DNA of 64,000 nt from IMG/VR virus record IMGVR_UViG_3300008262_003578. One strand, given 5' to 3'. The notes under the pieces were generated by a model. It had not been told where the DNA came from and did no database searches. It was given only the letters and a program-made list of their open reading frames with translations. Source of the DNA: a virus. The position numbers and the translations under genes were made by a program. Below are positions 37,564 through 47,352 of the stretch, one piece after another; within the stretch, counting starts at the first letter, position 1, and each line of letters opens with the position of its first letter.

Positions 37564-37788
37564 ATGAACACGAAATTAATATTAGATAATTACTTAGGTA
37601 AGAATACTAAGACAACGGAAAAAGATATGGGTGACGGTACTAAACAAGTATGTGATTTAGATACTGGTGATTGTTACACTATTAGAATGAAAGATGGATT
37701 AATTGAGAGAGTTGATAACACTCTTAATAAGAACAAAAAAATTCAAGTAGAAACTAAGAATGGAGTTAAACAATTATTAAATGGATAA
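37564..37788 (+). CDS. Hypothetical protein (74 aa)
   Basis: Clean ORF 14 nt after a TATTTATA box; VCDLDTGDC motif; overlaps the next gene's start. Confidence 0.65.
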   Translation: MNTKLILDNYLGKNTKTTEKDMGDGTKQVCDLDTGDCYTIRMKDGLIERVDNTLNKNKKIQVETKNGVKQLLNG

Positions 37789-38488
37789 GGACATGAAGAT
37801 AGATGTTAAAATTTTAAATGAGTTAAAAAGGTATAACTCAATCAATAATTACATTATGGAGCAAGATGCCGAATTACCTCCACCACCCGCTGGTGATGTA
37901 CCACCACCTGATGCAGGAATGGCACCCCCAGCACCTGATGCAGGAATGGCGCCTCCAGCACCTGATGCAGGAATGGCTCCTCCATCACCTGAAGCTGGTG
38001 CGGCACCTACAGGTCCTGTTGATGTTGCAAATGACCCTGACGTTGAAAAACTTGATGATAAAAAAGAAGAAAGTGATAAAGAAGAGTTAGAAATAACTGA
38101 CTTAGTTAAATCACAAAAAAATGTTGAACAAAAACAAGAAGAATATTTTGAACAATTATTTGACCATTTAGGAAACCTTGAAAATAAGTTGGGTGAAATG
38201 GATAGTATTGTTAACAAACTTAATGATTTAGAAGCTAAGATTGAAAAATATAGAACAAAATCACCTGAAGAAAAATTAGAACTAAGGTCTTTAGATTCGG
38301 GACCATTTAATCAAAAACTAACAGATTATTTTGAAGACAAAGAAGAAGACTTTGAAAAATTAGGGAGAGATGAATATATTTTAACAAAAGATGAAGTTGA
38401 AGAATTTTCACCTTCCGATATTAAACGTTCTTTCAGAAATTTTGAGGAGGACGAAACTGACTTGAATAACTTTAAACGACTACGATAA
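37781..38488 (+). CDS. Acidic Pro-rich / coiled-coil protein, possibly prohead core or scaffold-like
   Basis: ILNE and IMEQ N-terminal motifs, PAPDAGMAP repeats, heptad region FDHLGNLENKLGEMDSIVNKLNDLEAKI. Confidence 0.55.
   Translation: MDKDMKIDVKILNELKRYNSINNYIMEQDAELPPPPAGDVPPPDAGMAPPAPDAGMAPPAPDAGMAPPSPEAGAAPTGPVDVANDPDVEKLDDKKEESDKEELEITDLVKSQKNVEQKQEEYFEQLFDHLGNLENKLGEMDSIVNKLNDLEAKIEKYRTKSPEEKLELRSLDSGPFNQKLTDYFEDKEEDFEKLGRDEYILTKDEVEEFSPSDIKRSFRNFEEDETDLNNFKRLR
37905..38006 (+). repeat. 27-bp coding tandem repeat (PDAGMAPPA x3 plus a degenerate fourth copy)
   Basis: CACCTGATGCAGGAATGGC at 37905, 37932 and 37959; degenerate copy at 37986. Confidence 0.9.
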
Positions 38489-38518
38489 AAAAAAAACGGG
38501 TTTCGGCCCGTTTATTTT
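38489..38518. terminator. Intrinsic terminator with TTCG loop
   Basis: AAACGGGT-TTCG-GCCCGTTT followed by ATTTT, preceded by an A-run. Confidence 0.8.
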
Positions 38519-38529
38519 GACTGACATAT

Positions 38530-38558
38530 TTGACTGACAATAATTTTAATATTATACT
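38530..38558 (+). promoter_or_regulatory. Sigma70-type promoter of the ssb/replication operon
   Basis: TTGACT (38530-38535), 17-bp spacer, TATACT (38553-38558); same architecture as the polB promoter. Confidence 0.7.
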
Positions 38559-38583
38559 TTAGTAAACTTTTAATTTAATATAT

Positions 38584-39441
38584 ATGGCGACAAACAGTTT
38601 AGACGCAGTACTTGCACAGTACGAGAAATCACAACAGTCGGGGAATTACACCCCAAAAATGTCACAAGAAGACAGAATGAAGAAATACTTCGCAGCTATC
38701 TTGGACAAGAATGAGAAACAAGGTCAGAAAAGACTAAGAATTCTCCCAACTACAGATGGTTCTTCACCATTTAAAGAAGCGTGGTTCCACGAAATCCAAG
38801 TGGACGGACAATACGTAAAGTTGTACGACCCTGAAAAGAACGACAACGAGCGTTCACCTCTTTCCGAAGTTTATGAAGAGTTAACATCAACAGGAAAAGA
38901 AAGTGATAAAAAACTTGCGGCTGATTACAGAGCTCGTAAATTCTACATTGTTAAAGTTATTGACCGAGATAACGAACAAGACGGAATTAAATTCTGGCGT
39001 TTCAAACACAATTACAAGAATGAAGGTGTGTTGGACAAAATCATTCCAATTTGGAGAGCAAAAGGAGATATCACCGACCCTGATAAAGGAAGAGATATTA
39101 TCCTTGAGTTGACAAAGGCTAAAACCCCTAAAGGAAAAGAGTATACTGTTATCCAAACGGTTATGTATGATGACCCAACACCTGTACATGAAGACAAGGA
39201 AACTGCTGATACTTGGGTTAATGATGAATTAACTTGGAGAGATGTGTATTCTAAAAAACCTGTTGAGTATTTGGAAGCAATTGCTAACGGACAAACACCA
39301 AAATGGGATACGGTATTAGGTAAGTATACTTACGGTGATTCATCCGTATCTGAAGAATCATTTGGTGGAGGTTCTGCAAAGGTAGAAACTTATGTTGACC
39401 CACAAGCGGATGATGACGCTGACGAGGAATTACCATTCTAA
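38584..39441 (+). CDS. ssb: Single-stranded DNA-binding protein (T4 gp32-like)
   Basis: LRILP...PF...WFH, FYIVKVIDRD, DITDP..GRDI, and acidic tail ending DADEELPF. Confidence 0.82.
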   Translation: MATNSLDAVLAQYEKSQQSGNYTPKMSQEDRMKKYFAAILDKNEKQGQKRLRILPTTDGSSPFKEAWFHEIQVDGQYVKLYDPEKNDNERSPLSEVYEELTSTGKESDKKLAADYRARKFYIVKVIDRDNEQDGIKFWRFKHNYKNEGVLDKIIPIWRAKGDITDPDKGRDIILELTKAKTPKGKEYTVIQTVMYDDPTPVHEDKETADTWVNDELTWRDVYSKKPVEYLEAIANGQTPKWDTVLGKYTYGDSSVSEESFGGGSAKVETYVDPQADDDADEELPF

Positions 39442-39455
39442 TTGATTATTTTTAC

Positions 39456-39486
39456 GATAAACCCCTAAATGGGGTTTATCTTTTTA
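39456..39486 (+). terminator. Intrinsic terminator after ssb
   Basis: GATAAACCCC-TAAAT-GGGGTTTATC followed by TTTTT. Confidence 0.8.
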
Positions 39487-39508
39487 TTAAATATTAATAC
39501 ATTTATTT

Positions 39509-40510
39509 ATGGCTATTAAGAAAAAAGAAATATCATTAGATTCTATTAAAGGTAAGTACTCTACCAAAACTAAATACAAAGACGAATCATATTATAATTG
39601 TGGTGAAGCATTCTATGAGGCGTGCGGATTACCTGGACCTGTGATGGGTGGAATTAATATGTTTTTGGGACACTCAAACTCGTCTAAAACAACCGCAATG
39701 ATTTTGGCGGCCGCTGATGCTCAAAAGAAAGGACATTTACCCGTATTCATTATTACTGAAAAAAAATGGTCTTGGACACATGCAGTTGAATTGGGGTTAG
39801 AAGCGAATCAAACTGAAGAAGGTGATTGGGATGGAATGTTCATTTTCAATGACTCGTTTGATTACATTGAACAAGCAACTGACTTTATTAATGAAATTAT
39901 TGACGCACAAGAGAAAGGTGATATCCCATATAATTTATTATTTTTGTGGGACTCAGTTGGTTCAATTCCTTGTAAGATGACATTTGATGGTAAAGGGGGT
40001 AAACAACATAATGCAGCGGCTTTCGCTGACAAGATTGGTATGGGGTTACACTCTCGTATATCTAAATCAAAGAAAGAAGATTACCCATATTACAATACAA
40101 TGGTAGTTGTTAACCAACCTTGGGTAGAATTACCTGACAATCCATTTGGACAACCTGAGATTAAAGCCAAAGGTGGTGAAGCGTTGTGGTTGGCATCGGC
40201 ATTGGTATTCTTGTTTGGTAATCAGAAGAAAGCGGGAATCAATCACATTACCGCAACCAAAAATGGTAGAACGGTGTCATACGCAATTAGAACAAAAGTT
40301 TCTATCTTGAAAAACCATGTGAATGGTATTTCATTTAAAGATGGAAAGATTATTGCGGTCCCACAAGGTTATATCAAGGATGATAAAACTGCGTTGGATA
40401 AGTATAAGAAAGAATATTCCGATTATTGGAATAAAGTATTAGGTGGTGAAGGTGACATCAAGTTTAAAGACGAGTTAGTACCAACAGCCGAAGAAGAATT
40501 TGAAGATTGA
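39509..40510 (+). CDS. recA: RecA/UvsX-like recombinase
   Basis: P-loop GHSNSSKT, ITEKK, Walker B FLWDSVGS, VVNQPW, KGGEAL..ASAL, KVSILKNHV. Confidence 0.85.
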   Translation: MAIKKKEISLDSIKGKYSTKTKYKDESYYNCGEAFYEACGLPGPVMGGINMFLGHSNSSKTTAMILAAADAQKKGHLPVFIITEKKWSWTHAVELGLEANQTEEGDWDGMFIFNDSFDYIEQATDFINEIIDAQEKGDIPYNLLFLWDSVGSIPCKMTFDGKGGKQHNAAAFADKIGMGLHSRISKSKKEDYPYYNTMVVVNQPWVELPDNPFGQPEIKAKGGEALWLASALVFLFGNQKKAGINHITATKNGRTVSYAIRTKVSILKNHVNGISFKDGKIIAVPQGYIKDDKTALDKYKKEYSDYWNKVLGGEGDIKFKDELVPTAEEEFED

Positions 40511-40535
40511 TTGTAGAACCATTTAATGGTAAAAA

Positions 40536-41534
40536 ATGACAAAAACCCTATTAATTGACGGGAATAATTTATTTAAAATAGGATTTCACGGTGTTAAAGA
40601 ATTTTATCACGAAGGAAGACACGTTGGTGGGATTTGGCATTTTTTAAATACCGTCAGACGATTCATTGAAGAACAAAATTTTGATAAAGTAGTAGTGTTT
40701 TGGGATGGGGAGGATAACTCCTCATCTCGGAAACTATTATACCCACAGTACAAAGAAAATCGTAGAGTTTATAAAAACTTTAATGAAGAATCTTATCACG
40801 AACAAAGACAAAGAATCAAACAATATTTGGAAGAAACATTTGTTAGACAAATTGATATCCCAAACAACGAAGCCGATGATTTAATATCTTATTATTGTCA
40901 AATATCAGAAGATGAAACTAAAGTTATTTTTTCAGATGATAAGGACCTTACACAACTTATTTCAGACAAAGTAAGTATCTACTCCCCATCACAAAAGAAA
41001 GTCTATAAGAAGGGAGATAAAATCAAAATAGATAACATTGAGATACCTCATCAAAATGTGGTAACATATAAAATATTGTCAGGTGATAAGTCAGATAACA
41101 TTGATGGTATTTATTACCTTGGTGAGAAAACTTTCGTTAAACTATTCCCTGAAATACTTGAAAATGAAGTTTCTGTTACCGATATTTTAACAAAGGCTGA
41201 AGGTCTTTTGAAGGAAGATAAAGATAATGCCGCATTAAAAAACTTGTTAAGTGGTAAAACTAAAAATGGAATCTTTGGGGATGAGTTTTTTGTAATTAAT
41301 GAAAAGATTGTTGATTTGTCAAACCCTTTAATAACAGATGATGGAAAAGAAATAGTGGAACTTTATCACACAGAAACCTTAGACCCTGAAGGTAGGGGGT
41401 ATAAGAATCTGATGAAAATGATGATGGAAGATGGATTATTCAAATACCTACCAAAAAGAGATAATGAATGGGTTAATTTCTTGAAACCCTATTTAAAATT
41501 AGCTAGAAAAGAAAAAAGAAAGTTTAAAAATTAA
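40536..41534 (+). CDS. 5'-3' exonuclease / flap endonuclease (Pol I N-domain / T4 RNase H-like)
   Basis: LIDGNN, VFWDG, RKLLYPQYKENR, EADD, DKDLTQL, GDKSDNIDG...GEKT. Confidence 0.92.
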   Translation: MTKTLLIDGNNLFKIGFHGVKEFYHEGRHVGGIWHFLNTVRRFIEEQNFDKVVVFWDGEDNSSSRKLLYPQYKENRRVYKNFNEESYHEQRQRIKQYLEETFVRQIDIPNNEADDLISYYCQISEDETKVIFSDDKDLTQLISDKVSIYSPSQKKVYKKGDKIKIDNIEIPHQNVVTYKILSGDKSDNIDGIYYLGEKTFVKLFPEILENEVSVTDILTKAEGLLKEDKDNAALKNLLSGKTKNGIFGDEFFVINEKIVDLSNPLITDDGKEIVELYHTETLDPEGRGYKNLMKMMMEDGLFKYLPKRDNEWVNFLKPYLKLARKEKRKFKN

Positions 41535-41538
41535 AATT

Positions 41539-41991
41539 ATGAAAGAGCAAACGACTACAAAATTGGAATTCTTGATGAAAGTGAACAACAACATTATTGT
41601 TCAAAGGTTATTTAACATCAAAGACTATAACCCAAAGGCTAAGGCGTCAATTGAACTATATAATCTAATCAGAGAGTTTAAAATTGATTTGGAGAAAGAA
41701 TTGAAGATGAAAACCGCAACATATATGTTAGATAACATATATGAAATTATGAACAATCCTGCGATTTTAGATACGTCATATACTGACGGTCCTGAGTCTT
41801 TTAGTGTATATATTAAAGAAGGTGACAAGACAATTTGTCATAGAGAATTTGATGCTAAAATATACCCGCCTAAGATAAGATATACCGTGGATGTACGCCC
41901 ACACCTAAAAAACTTACTTATGTCTTTGACTGACATTTTTTCATCTAAAAATTTAACTTACAAATATCTTGAAGTTAGTCTTGGGGCGTAA
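41539..41991 (+). CDS. Conserved-looking hypothetical protein upstream of the helicase
   Basis: 150-aa clean ORF in the replication operon; no family recognised. Confidence 0.7.
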   Translation: MKEQTTTKLEFLMKVNNNIIVQRLFNIKDYNPKAKASIELYNLIREFKIDLEKELKMKTATYMLDNIYEIMNNPAILDTSYTDGPESFSVYIKEGDKTICHREFDAKIYPPKIRYTVDVRPHLKNLLMSLTDIFSSKNLTYKYLEVSLGA

Positions 41992-42019
41992 TATTTATGA
42001 TATATTAAGGTAAAATTAT

Positions 42020-43420
42020 ATGAGTTCTAAGAAAAATTTTGATTATTTAGGTAGCAGTTTTCAGCTACAATTATTAAACCAAATTATTGTTGATAAGGAT
42101 TTTGCGAGGTCCATAATTGATGTGATTGAGGTTAGTTATTTTGAGAACAAATACTTCAAATTAATTATGCAAATGATTAAGGAGTATTACTCAAAATACG
42201 AACATACACCAACATACGACACATTGGAACAGATTACAAAATCTGAATTACAACAAGAGTTGGCGTCTAAAATGGTTATTGATACCATTAAAAAAATTAA
42301 AGAGGTTCCCGTTGAAGGTGGGGACTTTGTACAAGACAAAGCAATGAAGTTTTGTAAACAACAAGAACTTCAAAAGGTAATGAACAAAGCTCAAAAAATC
42401 ATTGATGGTGGTGAGTTTGAAAACTACGACAAAGTAGAACAATTAGTAAGAACCGCATTACAAGTTGGGGAGAGAGAAGATGGTATGCAAGATGTCTTCT
42501 CTGAGTTGGAAGAGGTGTTGAATGAAGATTACAGACACCCAGTCCCTATGGGAATTGCGGGTATTGACAGATTGTTAAAAGGTGGTTTGGCTAAAGGTGA
42601 AATTGGTGTCGTGTTGGCACCAACAGGTGTGGGTAAATCAACCTTACTTACAAAAATCTCAAACAATGCATTTAATTTAGGATATAATGTCCTTCAAATA
42701 TTTTTTGAAGATAACCCTAAGATTATCCAAAGAAAACACATAACTTTGTGGACTAAAGTTCACCCTGATGAATTGTCAGTTAAAAAAGATGAGGTTATGA
42801 CTAAAGTGAAGGAGATAAAAGATAAGATGGAAAACAAACTTATCTTGAAAAAATTACCTTCGGATACTATGAGTATGTTACAAATCAAAAACCAAATCAG
42901 AAAAATGATTGCTGACGGAACAAAGATTGATATGGTTCTTTTGGATTATATTGATTGTGTTCTACCTGACAGACAAAATGGTGATGAGTGGAAATCTGAG
43001 GGTTCAGTAATGAGGTCTTTTGAAGCGATGTGTCATGAACTTGACTTGGTAGGTTGGACGGCAACACAAGGTAATAGAAGTTCTATTTCATCTGAGGTTG
43101 TAACCACAGACCAAATGGGTGGGTCAATTAAGAAAGCACAAGTGGGTCACGTTATCATATCGGTAGCAAAAACACTACAACAAAAGGAGATGAAGTTGGC
43201 AACTATTGCCATCACTAAATCTCGTATTGGTGATGATGGTGTTGTTTTTGAAAACTGTAAGTTTGATAACGGGATGTTGGAAATTGACACTGAAACATCA
43301 GTAACATTCTTAGGTCTTGAAGAACAACAAGAGGAAAGAAACAGACAACGAATCAAGGATTTGATGGAAAGAAGAAAAGAAAAGAAAACTAACGAAAACA
43401 AAGAAGATAAATCGGAATAA
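42020..43420 (+). CDS. dnaB: Replicative DnaB-like helicase
   Basis: [16 protein letters not shown] (Walker A), LLDYID (Walker B), [13 protein letters not shown]. Confidence 0.92.
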   Translation: MSSKKNFDYLGSSFQLQLLNQIIVDKDFARSIIDVIEVSYFENKYFKLIMQMIKEYYSKYEHTPTYDTLEQITKSELQQELASKMVIDTIKKIKEVPVEGGDFVQDKAMKFCKQQELQKVMNKAQKIIDGGEFENYDKVEQLVRTALQVGEREDGMQDVFSELEEVLNEDYRHPVPMGIAGIDRLLKGGLAKGEIGVVLAPTGVGKSTLLTKISNNAFNLGYNVLQIFFEDNPKIIQRKHITLWTKVHPDELSVKKDEVMTKVKEIKDKMENKLILKKLPSDTMSMLQIKNQIRKMIADGTKIDMVLLDYIDCVLPDRQNGDEWKSEGSVMRSFEAMCHELDLVGWTATQGNRSSISSEVVTTDQMGGSIKKAQVGHVIISVAKTLQQKEMKLATIAITKSRIGDDGVVFENCKFDNGMLEIDTETSVTFLGLEEQQEERNRQRIKDLMERRKEKKTNENKEDKSE

Positions 43421-43421
43421 T

Positions 43422-44369
43422 ATGGAAAAAATACTTAAAGAAAACCCTGGTAGGTTCGTTATTTTCCCAATTGAACACAATGACATTTGGGAATTCTACC
43501 AACAACATCAAGCGGCGTTTTGGACCGCTGAAGAAGTAGACTTAACTGATGATATTAGAGATTGGAATAAATTGTCTGAAAATGAACAATATTTTGTCAA
43601 AAATGTGTTATCATTTTTTGCCGCTTCTGATGGTATTGTTAATGAAAACTTGGCTGAGAACTTCTATAGAGAGGTACAGTACCCTGAAGCTAAGTTCTTC
43701 TACGGAATGCAACTTGCTATGGAAAACATTCACTCGCTGATGTATTCTCTTTTAATAGATACTTATATTAATAATCCGAAGGAAAAAGATGAATGTTTCA
43801 ACGCAATTGATAGGTTACCAGCGGTTCAGAAGAAAGCGAAATGGGCACTTGATTGGATTGAAAACGCATCGTTTCAGGAGAGATTGGTGGCCTTTGCAGC
43901 GGTTGAAGGGATATTCTTTTCAGGTTCTTTTTGTTCAATTTTTTGGTTAAAGTCAAGAGGTGTTATGCCAGGTTTATGTAACGCTAATGCTCTTATCTTT
44001 AAAGATGAAAACTTACATTGTGATTTTGCAATTCATTTGTTAAACCACCATGTTGAGAACAAACCAAGTGAGAAAAGAATTAAAGAAATTTTGTTATCGG
44101 CTTTGGAAATTGAGAAGGAGTTTATCACTGAATCATTACCTGTATCATTGATTGGGATGAACTCTAACTTAATGAAACAATATCTTGAGTTTGTGGTTGA
44201 TGGATTACTTGTTAAATTTGGATGTAAAAAACAATTTAATGTTGAACAACCATTTAAATTTATGGAACAGATTGCGGTTGAGACAAAAGGTAATTTCTTT
44301 GAATCAAGAACTGTGGAGTACCAAAAAGCAAAACTGAACGAAACTATTACTTTTACGGACGATTTTTAA
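43422..44369 (+). CDS. nrdB: Ribonucleotide reductase class Ia, beta subunit
   Basis: [31 protein letters not shown] (radical Tyr), VEGIFF, DENLH, NFFE. Confidence 0.96.
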   Translation: MEKILKENPGRFVIFPIEHNDIWEFYQQHQAAFWTAEEVDLTDDIRDWNKLSENEQYFVKNVLSFFAASDGIVNENLAENFYREVQYPEAKFFYGMQLAMENIHSLMYSLLIDTYINNPKEKDECFNAIDRLPAVQKKAKWALDWIENASFQERLVAFAAVEGIFFSGSFCSIFWLKSRGVMPGLCNANALIFKDENLHCDFAIHLLNHHVENKPSEKRIKEILLSALEIEKEFITESLPVSLIGMNSNLMKQYLEFVVDGLLVKFGCKKQFNVEQPFKFMEQIAVETKGNFFESRTVEYQKAKLNETITFTDDF

Positions 44370-44387
44370 TAAAAGATTTATTTAATT

Positions 44388-46799
44388 ATGATGTCATTAC
44401 GAATTAAAAAAAGAGGTGGAGATGAGGTCTCATTTAATCCACAAAAAATTTACAATAGGGTTAAAAGAGCCTCAAAAGGATTGAACGTCAATTCAGATGA
44501 GATTTTTATCAAAGTAATAACTTCAGTTCCAACTGAAGGATTTATTACAACAAAGGAGTTGGATAAATTGGTATACGAAATTGCGGCTTCATTTACTGGT
44601 AGTCATCACGACTATTCAAGATTAGCATCCTCCGTGGCTATTTCTTCATATCACAAAGATACTAATGAAAGTTTTTCTATTACAATGAAACGACTTAACG
44701 ATGAAGGAGTTGTTCACAATGAATTAATTAGAAAAATAGATGAGTATGGTGCTGAAAAAATTGATTCAGTTATCAATCACGAAAACGATTATCAGTTTGA
44801 TTACTTTGCTTGGAAAGCATTACAAGAGATGTATTTACTTAAATTACCTAATGGTAAGGTAATTGAGAGACCTCAACACATGTATATGAGGATTGCTTTA
44901 TGGGTTACAGAATCTTATGAAGAGGCAATGGATTACTACACATCGTTATCAGAACAAAGAATCTCAAAAGCAACCCCAATCATGATTAATTCAGGAACTT
45001 TGATTCCTCAATTAGCGTCTTGTGTATTACATTACAACAATTCGGATTCAAGAAATGGGTTATTGGGAACTATGAATGATATATCTACTTATTCATCTGA
45101 TGCTGCGGGTATTGGTCTTTGTATGTCAAACCAAAGAAGTAAAGAAAGTCGTATTACGACATCAGGTGGATATGCTGGAGGGTTGTTAAAATATCTTAAA
45201 ATTGTAAATGAATCATTGAGATTCTTTAATCAACAAGGTAGGAGACCTGGTAGTGCCGCTATCTATATTGAACCTTGGCATAAAGATATTTTTGACCTAT
45301 TGGATATCAAAAAGAACACTGGTAAAGAGGAATTAAGAGCGAGAGATTTGTTTACGGCACTATGGATTCCTGACAATTTTATGAGGGCGGTAAAGAGTAA
45401 CGAGGATTGGTATTTGTTTTGCCCTAATGATATTCTTAAATCAGGTATTAAACCACTACAAGAATGTTATGGTGATGAGTATGAAGAAAATTATAGAAGA
45501 GCGGTTGAATTAGGTTTAGGTAAAAAAGTTAAGGCTCAAGAAGTTTGGAATAAAATTATTGAATCCCAAGTAGAAACAGGTGTTCCTTATTTATGTTCTA
45601 AAGATAACGCTAATAAGAAAACGAACCATCAAAACATTGGGGTTATTAAACAGTCAAACTTGTGTAATGAGATTTACCAATATACTGATGAGGAAACTAC
45701 GGCAATCTGTACATTATCATCAATGGTATTGAAGAACTTCATTATTGATGGTAAATTTGATTTTAAATTATTACATAATGAAGTTAGAAAAGTTGTTAAA
45801 ACACTTAACAAAGTGATTGACATCAATAGTTATTCAACCGAGAAAGGACGTAAAGGTGGTTTAGAACAAAGAGCAATTGCGATTGGAACGCAAGGTCTTG
45901 CAGATGTATTCTTTATTATGGATTATATGTTCACATCTGAACAAGCAAGACAATTGAATAAAGATATCTTTGAAACAATTTATTTTGCAGCTATTACCGA
46001 AAGTATGGAATTGTGTAAGTCAGGTAAATATAAACCTTATGATTTCTTTAATGGTTCACCAATGTCAAAAGGTATTTTCCAATTTGATATGTGGGGATTA
46101 ACTGAAAGTGATTTGTTTTGGGATTGGTCACAACTTAAAGAAGATGTTAAGAAATATGGGGTTTGTAACTCACTATTCACGGCTCAAATGCCTGTTGCAT
46201 CTTCGGCTAAGATAACAGGTTCATATGAAATGACTGAACCCGCACACTCAGCTATTTTTAACAGACGAGTTGTTGGAGGTGAAATTATGATTGTTAACAA
46301 ATACTTAATTAATGACTTTGAAAAGATTGGTATTTGGGGTGAAGACTTAAAGAACGAAATCATATTCAACGAAGGGTCAATTCAGAATATTAATTTTAAT
46401 AACTATTTGGACCAAGAAGATAAAAAGTATAATTTCAAAGTTAAAAGAATTGAACACCTAATTAAAAAGTATAAAACTATTTGGGAGATTTCACAACGAG
46501 AATTAATTGATATGTGTGCGGATAGGGCTCCATTTATTGACCAATCACAGTCAATGAATATATATATGTCAAATCCAACACTATCAAAAATTACCTCATC
46601 TCATTTCCATTCATGGGAAAAAGGATTGAAAACTCTTTGTTATTATGTAAGAACAAAGGCAATATCAACGGGGGCTAAACATTTGGCGATAGATGTTTCC
46701 AAAATGGAAAAACCCAACAAAACAGAAAAACCTACTGTTGAGGTTTTACCACAAAAACCTACGGACTCTGAGTTTGAATGTTTTGGATGTTCGGCATAA
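44388..46799 (+). CDS. nrdA: Ribonucleotide reductase class Ia, alpha subunit with ATP cone
   Basis: N-terminal IKKRGG ATP cone, ERPQH, ATP(I)M, SNLCNEI, QMPVASS, DQSQS, YYVR, C-terminal CFGC. Confidence 0.97.
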   Translation: MMSLRIKKRGGDEVSFNPQKIYNRVKRASKGLNVNSDEIFIKVITSVPTEGFITTKELDKLVYEIAASFTGSHHDYSRLASSVAISSYHKDTNESFSITMKRLNDEGVVHNELIRKIDEYGAEKIDSVINHENDYQFDYFAWKALQEMYLLKLPNGKVIERPQHMYMRIALWVTESYEEAMDYYTSLSEQRISKATPIMINSGTLIPQLASCVLHYNNSDSRNGLLGTMNDISTYSSDAAGIGLCMSNQRSKESRITTSGGYAGGLLKYLKIVNESLRFFNQQGRRPGSAAIYIEPWHKDIFDLLDIKKNTGKEELRARDLFTALWIPDNFMRAVKSNEDWYLFCPNDILKSGIKPLQECYGDEYEENYRRAVELGLGKKVKAQEVWNKIIESQVETGVPYLCSKDNANKKTNHQNIGVIKQSNLCNEIYQYTDEETTAICTLSSMVLKNFIIDGKFDFKLLHNEVRKVVKTLNKVIDINSYSTEKGRKGGLEQRAIAIGTQGLADVFFIMDYMFTSEQARQLNKDIFETIYFAAITESMELCKSGKYKPYDFFNGSPMSKGIFQFDMWGLTESDLFWDWSQLKEDVKKYGVCNSLFTAQMPVASSAKITGSYEMTEPAHSAIFNRRVVGGEIMIVNKYLINDFEKIGIWGEDLKNEIIFNEGSIQNINFNNYLDQEDKKYNFKVKRIEHLIKKYKTIWEISQRELIDMCADRAPFIDQSQSMNIYMSNPTLSKITSSHFHSWEKGLKTLCYYVRTKAISTGAKHLAIDVSKMEKPNKTEKPTVEVLPQKPTDSEFECFGCSA

Positions 46800-46815
46800 G
46801 AAAAAAATAACTTAC

Positions 46816-46849
46816 AAAACTCTCGGCACTGTCGGGAGTTTTTTATTTT
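46816..46849 (+). terminator. Intrinsic terminator after nrdA
   Basis: AAAACTCTCGGC-ACT-GTCGGGAGTTTT (with G-U pairs) followed by a T-run. Confidence 0.75.
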
Positions 46850-46892
46850 ATATGTATTTATTGAAAATATTATAACATTATATTTATATAAT

Positions 46893-47348
46893 ATGGCAGA
46901 TGGGATTACATATGGTATAAATTTTCCTTTTAGAGATTCGTTTGATGGTAAATATTTGGATTTATCTGTTACCAATGACGAAGAAATCAGGTCTAATTTA
47001 ATTCACCTTTTATTAACAAGAAAAGGTACTAGATATTATTTACCTGATTTTGGAACTAGATTATATGAATTTATTTTTGAACCATTAGATGGTCCCACAT
47101 TTTCCGACATTGAATCTGAAATTAGAGACTCGGTTGAACAATATATACCTGAATTAAAAATAACTAATATATCAATTAAAGCCGCTTCAGAAGGTGAAGA
47201 AGATAAAGGAACATTTATTGAAAATGATGAACGAGTATTTAGAGTACCTGGAATATCTGAAAAAGAACATACCGCAAAAGTTAGGATAGATTATATTGTT
47301 ACTAACGAAGCATTTAACGCGAGTGATTTCGTGATTATTAACATTTAA
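46893..47348 (+). CDS. Baseplate wedge / sheath initiator (gp25-like)
   Basis: IRSNLIHLLLTRKGTRYYLPDFGTRLYEFIFEP...IRDSVEQYIP is the gp25/GPW motif. Confidence 0.9.
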   Translation: MADGITYGINFPFRDSFDGKYLDLSVTNDEEIRSNLIHLLLTRKGTRYYLPDFGTRLYEFIFEPLDGPTFSDIESEIRDSVEQYIPELKITNISIKAASEGEEDKGTFIENDERVFRVPGISEKEHTAKVRIDYIVTNEAFNASDFVIINI

Positions 47349-47352
47349 AATT

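Noticed and set aside
7452-46799. Giant eukaryotic virus (NCLDV) origin suggested by PolB, SNF2 and eukaryote-like RNR
   Set aside because: Sheath, tube, baseplate, gp32-like SSB, RecA, DnaB, bacterial promoters and intrinsic terminators indicate a tailed phage.
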